NCBI GenBank assembly: GCA_965203295.1
Contig: CBDBCZ010000015.1
Location: forward strand, 64,001-128,000
From: Nitrospirales bacterium
Lineage (GTDB): Bacteria > Nitrospirota > Nitrospiria > Nitrospirales > UBA8639
DNA length: 64,000 nucleotides
Direction of reading: 5' to 3'
A program made the translations under genes and the position numbers. The notes under the pieces are model-generated. The model ran no database searches. It was not told the DNA's origin and worked only from the letters and a program-made list of their open reading frames with translations. Shown here one piece after another: positions 55,719 through 64,000 of this stretch (position 1 is its first letter; every line of letters begins with the position of its first letter).

Positions 55719-58700
55719 ATGCTGGCACCAATGCAAGCCATGTTACTCTCCATTGCTGGCATTCTTTCCATAAGTAGGTAGAGTTTAGTCTACAGCATAC
55801 TCATTTAGGCCATTGCTAGGTTGTAATGGCTGCAATGCAGTGTGAATCCATAATCTTCTATACTATACACAGTGGCTAATGGAGCAAGTGGAAACTGTAT
55901 CCTTGGAAATACAGAACTGAACGAAACAGATTTTTTAAACAGCAGTGGGCAGTATCTCGACTTAGAGCATCCAGCACCTTGCAATGGGAACCTCACAAGA
56001 TGGCACCTTTGTTACTACGCCTCAGATATCGACCAGACGGATACCTATGTGGTACTATTTCACATATGGCGAATGATTAATGACAGCACTTTTGAGCTTG
56101 TCAATCAGTATAAACTAAATATGACAATCGAACACTCCAGCAATGGTGATCAAACACTTCTTTGCGAAAACGTTACTTTGAGTACACCCATTGGCATAAA
56201 CAGCAATGACATACTTGGAGTTTACATCCCATTTACTTCCGATCTTGGTGGTCCTCCTCTTCATATCGTTGCACGTAACACAACTGACTTTGGACTGTTT
56301 GCAGATACAAGAACGTCAATTGCAGTTTTCACAGGTGACACCATTTCCACTAATAACTTAGAGCGTGCAACTACCCTGGGACTGCATCTTCATGCTGATA
56401 TTGGTAAGTGTACTGATTATAGCTTAGTATGCGTGATAACTAAAAATTGACAAAGAATTTTTTTTCTTTCACACAGAAGCAGCCGAGGAACTCGAATCAA
56501 CATCACAAGTACCATCCCAGCTGCATCCCACCCCATCCTTTGTTGCCCCAACATTGGCTGAACCTACAAGCTCTACTCTATCTACACAACAACAAATTGA
56601 ACCAGTAGCAACCACTTCTCCATCTGTGACTGACCTTCTCACGTCTTCTGATGTTATGTCTCCATTAGTTTCTACAGCTGCAGAAGCAGACATTGAACTT
56701 ACACTATCCACGAATGACTTTTTCGCATCAACGTTTCTGACCACAGAGATTGTTCCTCTTTCAGCAACAGAACGTCAACTGCTTCCTACACAAACTTCAG
56801 TGCAACCAATTGGAATTAGTACTTCAATGGCAGAAATGATTGGCAGTATACAAAGCATGCCACCACTAACTGAAGATACATCAACCGTGGATCTACAGAA
56901 TACACCTTTAGTAACTGTACTAGTAGAGAATTCTAAGAAGTCTCCTGCAATTGGGGTGATTGCAGCAATCATAGCTGCCTCTGTGTTGGCTACCCTGGTG
57001 ATTTCTTGCATACTCCTGGTCCTATTAGCAATTGCTTGCAAAACAAAAAAGAGAAAGAAAGAAAACGGATTTCATCCAAATGCTACATTCTATATTGGTA
57101 AGTGAATCTTAACTCTAATCTCTTAACTCACTTATAAGACAAATACATTTGCTTGTCATAGATGATGTTGTCTACGCTGGCGTGATGTCTGATGAGCTAT
57201 CCATCAAGCCTAATGAAGAAAGTCCTTTTGGTAGCAATGTGGATCCAGAACAATCAATATCGAATGCTTCAATATTGCATCAAAATGGATCAATACCAAC
57301 AGGTTCTGATCAGTTAACCGCCCAAGAGTATGAAACACCAATTTGTACATCAATATCAATCAACTCTGGAGAATTCTTGGATTCAATTGCCAACCCTAAC
57401 GCAGCTGGCCACGAAAGTAAGTACATTTCAATGCAAAGCGATTCACAGATCCTACAACAGTACTCACTGTCACGTACAAAAGAGGATAAGCAAGATAATG
57501 CAAGGACCAGCAATGCCCAAGTAAGTATTAATACATGTTTTTCAACACCCATTGCTGTAATGTAACTGTGTTCGTCTCTCCACATGCAGAGTGCCACAGA
57601 GTCTGAAATGTACTCTACTCTGAGCGATGAATCATCACAATACTATAAGCTTTTGGAACAGGTAACTACATGAATAACCTATAAACATGCTTTGAAGAAA
57701 CCATAGTATCCGATCCCATTAAGTCAATAGGATTGTAAGTGGCATCAATTATCACAAAACCATTGTTGAGTTCTATGTGATTGATCAATTTTCACTGTTT
57801 GTAAACAAGTTGGTTAGGGAAATACCTATTAAGAGAGCTTTGGAGTGCCTATATGATTACATACATAGCCATGTAAGGGTATGATACAATTACACTAATT
57901 AGCTGTATCTTTACTACATACAGGCAACAGAGGGTACATGTGAAAGTATAGATCAGTATTATGCCCCTCCTTCAAACCAACAAGAAATACTTTCAACACT
58001 TTCAAAGCAAGGAATTGAAATGATACCAAGGAAAGAAATCCAGTATGTTGATATTAGTACATGACATAAATAATTAATATCATGTACGTGCTAATAATAT
58101 ATTCCACAGTACAACCACTCATCTCGGCTCTGGCCAGTTTGGCAGTGTTGAGAAGGCCTTCTGGAAGACAATAGATGGAGTGATAGAGGTTGCTGTAAAA
58201 ACTATAAGTGCGGAGGCATTGGCAGTTGACAGGGTCAGATTTCTACAGGAGGCAGCCATTATGGGACAGTTTCGACATCCCAATGTGGCTCGCCTCAATG
58301 GAGTATCCATTGAACAAAACATTGTGAGCTAAAACTCTCATCTGTATATTAATCCACCATATGACTACTGAATTTTAACTCAAGGACTAGAAATTATACA
58401 CCAGCAGTGTAAATAAAACAAAAAAAGCATCTACAGAATAACTGGTATCACTAACACTCTCTTTGGTCCTACAGTTGATGTTGGTTCTTGAGTATTTGTC
58501 AAAGGGAGACCTTAGGAAATGCCTGGTGAAGCTGGGACGAGAGTAAGTTTCAAAAAGTTAACGAATGTGATATTCACTAATAATACGAACCATTACATTT
58601 TTGCACCCGAACAGCATATTGCCGCAAGACACTCCACAAATGCTCTTAAGCTACTCACAGCAAGTGGGGCTTGGAATGCACTATCTCGCTAGCAAAGGCT

Positions 58701-60416
58701 TTATTCACAGAGATCTTGCTGCCAGGAATGTCTTTGTAACAGAGGATAATATCTGCAAGGTACGTAGTATAGTTGCTACAGCTGTACCCATTAAAGATAG
58801 GCAAAACATACCTACTTTACCATTTACTACATATAGGTTGGAGACTTTGGTATGTCTAGAGACTTGGCTGATGCAGAATACTATATATCTCATGGTGGGA
58901 AGATTCCAGTAAGGTGGACTGCACCTGAAGCCATGTATTACAGAAAATATTCCACTGCCAGTGACATATGGAGCTATGGGTGTCTCTTGTATGAAATCTG
59001 GAGTCTCGGCAGAATGCCATTCAGGAACAGCACCAATGCTGAGGTAAAGGTTTTATGGAAGCAGCATACCGTACATAATTAGTACCAAACTATTGTTTCA
59101 AGGAATTGGATAAGTCCCGTGTTGTGTCCATGGTTGACGCTAGTCTACAAAGGACAGTGAATGTTAACATAATTTACGAGATCAAAACAAGTCTCACTCC
59201 CTTCCTTATCTCGTTCTGTAGCTGTCTCTTTCCCACCCTTTCTCCCTCCCTCATAAAGACATTGCTTAATACAGAAATGCATTGTGTAGCCGTTTATTTA
59301 TATGTGCATGGACTACAGGTCATTGAGCAAGTGGATTCCGGCTATCGTCTTCCTCCCCCGCCTGGATGCCCCAGGATTGTCTATGAACTAATGATCAAGT
59401 GCTGGTATGTAACCAATCTGCAAAACATGAATGTACAGATCCGCTAGTGAACCAGTTTCTGCTGAGCATAGTCACAGCAGATTAGCTGGCAGATTATGAA
59501 TAAGTATTGTTATAATCAGACGATCTAGGCAATGCAGCCACTGTATGATAATTAAGTACATGTAACTACAACTACCTTATAGCCTTAATGAAAATCCCTT
59601 TGGCACTACAGCAGTAATATTATGACTGGAGGTCACAACATTTGTACACACAACGTGGACACTAAAGTGTCACACTCAGGGTTGGTTCTCGGCTGCTAAG
59701 GTGTGACCTTGGGCATGCTTTAATTCACTAGGTGTGATATAAATAAGATGTCATGCATGGAGTTACATATTGTCCCAATTACAAGTAGGAAAGGGGGAAA
59801 GGTGTGACCAGGCGCTAACTGACTAAAAATACAAAAAGTGATTATGCCCTGTTCATTCTGCCAACACAGTATACTGTCTTCTGGGTTCATAATGGGCGTA
59901 CATGCTTATACGCTACATGTCTAGTACACAAAACCATATTGGGAGCATTTGGCAGTTAGTGTTGAATCCCATGCGTGACTCACTCTATTACCATTATATA
60001 AGGGCACAAATCCAATATCTGTACATGTACTTACATGTAACACCCAACTTCTCCATTACAGGCACCCCCTCCCTTCCTCTCGCCCTACTTTCAAAGATGT
60101 TCTCCGAACCCTATTACAAAAAGAAAGCAAGGTATTACTTATACCACGGAGAGATGCTCTGACTACCACACAGGCCAGCGTACTAGGGTCTCCAATTCAA
60201 GCTGGTGACTACATGTATCCGGACCTCCAGAAGACGTACACAACTGTTTCTGAAAAGAGTAGTGATTATGACCATATTACAGAACGCAAATATATTCTGT
60301 CTTTCCCCACCAGTTCGGCTGACATAGACTCCATGTACAATGACAGTGCACAACACCAGTCATACCGTTGTACACTCCTCACAAGTGACACAGAAAGTGA
60401 CTATGATTACATTTAG
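55719..60416 (+). CDS. RTK6: receptor tyrosine kinase with orphan Cys ectodomain and long mucin-like S/T stalk
   Basis: Signal exon 55719-55773, ectodomain exon 55873-56403, stalk/TM exon ([37 protein letters not shown]), JM exons. Kinase motifs [30 protein letters not shown] and [10 protein letters not shown]; tail ends SDYDYI*. Confidence 0.9.
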
Positions 60417-61146
60417 TCTGCATATTAAGTATCTAGTTGTTCTGCAATAGCATACGTGTATTTCTTCCCTGAAAGAAAAATCAATATTTTGTGCAATTGT
60501 ACATGTACAAGACTATATTAACACTAAGTACTGTCAATTATTGGCCAAATGACAGTAATTTAGTACTGAAGCTACAAATTTCACTTCTCTATGTGGATGG
60601 GGAAATAAGATAGCTTCACCAATGCAGAAATGGATGCACAGGTAGACTTGGTTAGCAACATTGTTGGCTATACAATAATCATAAAAGCCTCTGTCACAGT
60701 ACACTGCTTATTGAAATAGTCATAGGTAATACATCAAAGGCTCTTGCACTGCATGTACTTATTATGAATGATAGGATGAATCTCACTTCACATATTCAGA
60801 AGGATAAATATTGCATACTTCTATCATGCATGATCCATTTTATTTAACCCCAACTTTACAAATGGAAAGTACCTATTGAATTTGCACTAGCATGCAACCA
60901 GGCTTTAATGACGGGGAGTAACATTCTTTCTCCATAGCTATCAGGGCCAAGACCATTCATCTTGCAGTAATTACTGTATGGATTGTACATCTGTACTGAA
61001 CGTGGATGCAGCAAGGGCCCAGAATGTATACATACAAGCTCTTCAAAGTTTATCAAACTGGTCCTTTGGATTACAAAATTACCTAATTGATATTACAAAG
61101 ACAGATTGATTCTATCAAATCCTATCAAAATATACACACCTGGGGG

Positions 61147-63735
61147 TCATAACATGTCTCCTTTCTCAGCTGATGGAGATGCATCAATGTCCCTGCTGTG
61201 CTTGTGTTTTCGCTTGTGTTTATTTTTGTGTTTCTTCTTCTTGTGTTTGTGCTCTGCCTTGTGTTTCTTTAACCTGGGAGGGAAAGGGCTAGTATCGTCG
61301 TCGCTCAGCATTCCTGATAAAACAGACTCTGGACTAGGCGTAACACTGCTGCCCTCTAGTCCTTCGGCAAGAGAAGAGGAAAGTCTTTTCAAATGTGATG
61401 TTGAAATCTTGAGAGAGAGCGGGGGCTGAGATTTGGGTGACGGTGCCACTGCTGGTTCTGTTGAGGGTTCAGAGGGTATGACTCGGACTTTAACGAGTGC
61501 TTGTTGCTGTTGTTGCGTTGCTTGTGTAACAGGAGATGTCTGGGGAAATTTGAAAAAACAAAGCAGGTCCTTTTTTAGCCAAGAGACAAGGTAATTCAGC
61601 AACAATTTACAATTACAACTTGTATTGTGAAAATTATATTTAGAATGCTAACTAGAGACTGACGGAAACTCTTAACATAGCTAGTGGAATGCTGAAAATA
61701 CGCCTCAATAATCATGAGTTTATGCGCTATATCCCTTTGTTTCTCCATAAGGCTAGACCAACACTTCAAAAGCTTCTACCAGTCCCTCATAAACATTCCT
61801 CATAGATTACGTATGACAGTCATCCTATCTGACTGACCCTGAGGTCAAAAAAAAAAAGGGTTGAAAAATTTTGGCCTGAAACACAATGGAGTTTACCATA
61901 ATGAACACATACTTCCATTGTTTTTGGTCAGTATTGAGTAACTTAAATGTACTCTGGAGCTTTCCATTCATACTTACCTGTAGTGGGTTAGATGTAGGTT
62001 CTATCTTGATGCCTGTACACAGTTAAAGCAAGACAGGTGTTACTAATTTAGACATTACTAGAACAATCATAACATTCACTGTCAGTGGGATAAAGAGCCA
62101 TATACATAAACGCAAGGTCTTCAATTAGTGTGAGATAGCACACTAACTCTATAAGCAAGAAGTCATGGTTTTAATTTTGATTTGCCATGTTGAGCATATA
62201 GTGCCAAGCAGGAAGTGAGGCAACTGATTGCACTGCATGGAGAGGCTGTACTTGTATGTATGTAATGTTGTAGGACTGCAAATATACTTACTGAGGGCCA
62301 AAGCATTGCATACACTATACGCACTATAGAATGGCACTACAATGAAGTGGCAGCAATTATGTGCACAGCAACACAGAAGTAAGTGGTAGCAAAGACAGAA
62401 GGAAGCATCAGCGGAAAGCTACTCATTAGTACGTAATGCTAATTCAGCAGAAGGAAGGTGACGATTGTCATTCTCAAAGACAGACTGATCAACATCAGTT
62501 AGCTGAGCAGCGTGCACTGGGCAGTGCCCAGCAGCTGCTCCATAGGGAATGAAACTCAATTCCTAGGAAGCCCTCTGCATGTAACACCACATATGCATAA
62601 GGTATTTGGTATGGATTACACATGTACATGTTTGTGGGCAAAACAAAAAAAGGGCTTCTGACCAACATGGCACCACAAGTTTGCTTATGTGCTACCATGT
62701 TCTACAAGGGTATTACATGTATGTACTTATACCTTGTTTGGGGTAATTACCAGAAATACAGTAGTGGTGGAAAGACATGAGAACCATAGACACTCATATA
62801 AAGTAATTGGCACCGCCAGTGTGGAAGAGGAGGAGGGTTAAATTTTGCTACAGCTGTGATTATTGAGTGTTCAAGATGGCATGCCAGTGTCTAAACATCT
62901 TACTTTAGTGATTGCATCCCACCACCCCATCCCAGTGGCCACGTGGGTTTACAATCCCCTTTCCAACTTTCAAATCTTGCTCATATAGGGTTGGATAGAG
63001 TACACTCATAGGGTTGGAGTACACTCACCCTAGGTATTTCGCCTTTGTCAGTAAACTTAGTGGAGATCATCTACATTTACTCCTCAATACATGTACCAGT
63101 ATACATACATGTAAGTCCATAGTGTAATGTTTTGCTCGAAGCAATTAATGGTTGAAAGTGTTACTAAGCAGATTTGTATCGGCAACCGCAAATGGCATCA
63201 TGGCAGTTAACTAAGTGAGTACATCAGACGCATGTGTAGTGCAAACAATACTTAGGTAGGTCTTATCAACAAAGAATGAATGTCACTAAACAAAATTATA
63301 CAACACATGTGCAGTTCTTTAATCAGTGCAATTAAATTTGTATGATTATTTAGAGCCATAGAGAAGCAAGGGTAGTACTTGGTAGTACTTATGGTACTCA
63401 CCAGAAGGCAGAGAGAGCAGGGGATGTTTTGACTTGCCGTCCTCAGGAGTAGGGGCCACCTTGGGACTCTGGAGTGAAGAAGGCAACAAACACACGAAGC
63501 ATAGAGCAAAACTATATTGGACAAAGGTATTAATTTAAAACAACCCTTTGCATTTTATCCACTTGTGCAGCTACCGCTGGATGCCTGTCCTAGCTGCCAC
63601 TTCTTCTCAGGCAGCCAGTTACAGATACTACCTACCAATATACAACCAGCCCCATGTCTTAGTGTACATGGAGGGTGTAAGGGCAACTCACCAGAGAAGG
63701 GGAGGAGAGGCTGGACCTTGCCACTTTCTCTTTTA
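61147..63735 (-). CDS. 3' end of a gene for a probable nuclear protein with low-complexity His/Lys-rich tail (TAF2-tail-like; identity not established); continues beyond window
   Basis: Terminal exon ~61540-61147 encodes ..LSLKIS..KKHKAEHKHKKKKHKNKHKRKHKHSRD..*. Small upstream exons with GT-AG signals lie near 61978-62014, 63030-63070, 63401-63468 and 63692-63730 (frames uncertain). Confidence 0.55.
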
Positions 63736-64000
63736 GGTCAATTACAACTCCAAGCTGTATTACAACACAGAATACATATCAACTCAATCACATGTAGGCA
63801 GCCTTCTACTTCATAGAGAAGTTAGCACAAATATTTGCCATGACATTAACATCTACTTACTATACATGTACACAGCTACGAGGAGGATCTAAGTTACTGT
63901 GAGTACAGTATTCTGTTACTGTAAATTGACAAATCGATACATCAGAGCTGTATATAAGCTTGCAAGTAAAACTATAAAGAAGATACTTAGCAGGAGCACT

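Noticed and set aside
61147..61605. Assigning TAF2
   Set aside because: Only a low-complexity HK-rich tail is visible, and similar tails occur in several nuclear proteins.

Overview
Intron-rich eukaryotic (animal) genomic DNA. The compact genes, very short GT-AG introns and repeat types suggest a demosponge, which is an inference. The window holds two arrays of one family of single-pass receptor tyrosine kinases (RTKs). Each has an Eph-like kinase but an unrecognised ~165-185 aa Cys-containing ectodomain encoded by one phase 1-1 exon. The left array is RTK1 (5' end outside the window), RTK2 (an intact pseudokinase), a decayed ectodomain pseudogene and RTK3 (- strand). The right array is RTK4-6. 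Between them lie ASNSD1, a HIG1-domain gene, MTG1 (with an apparent U12-type GT-AT intron), a short rod-less dystrophin-family gene (WW-EF-ZZ-coiled coil) and HSDL2. The window ends in the 3' part of a gene with a His/Lys-rich tail. Introns contain MITEs, Helitron/Helentron-like hairpin elements, a tRNA-derived SINE, minisatellites and microsatellites. Exon structures were assembled by eye from splice signals and reading frames, with no database searches.
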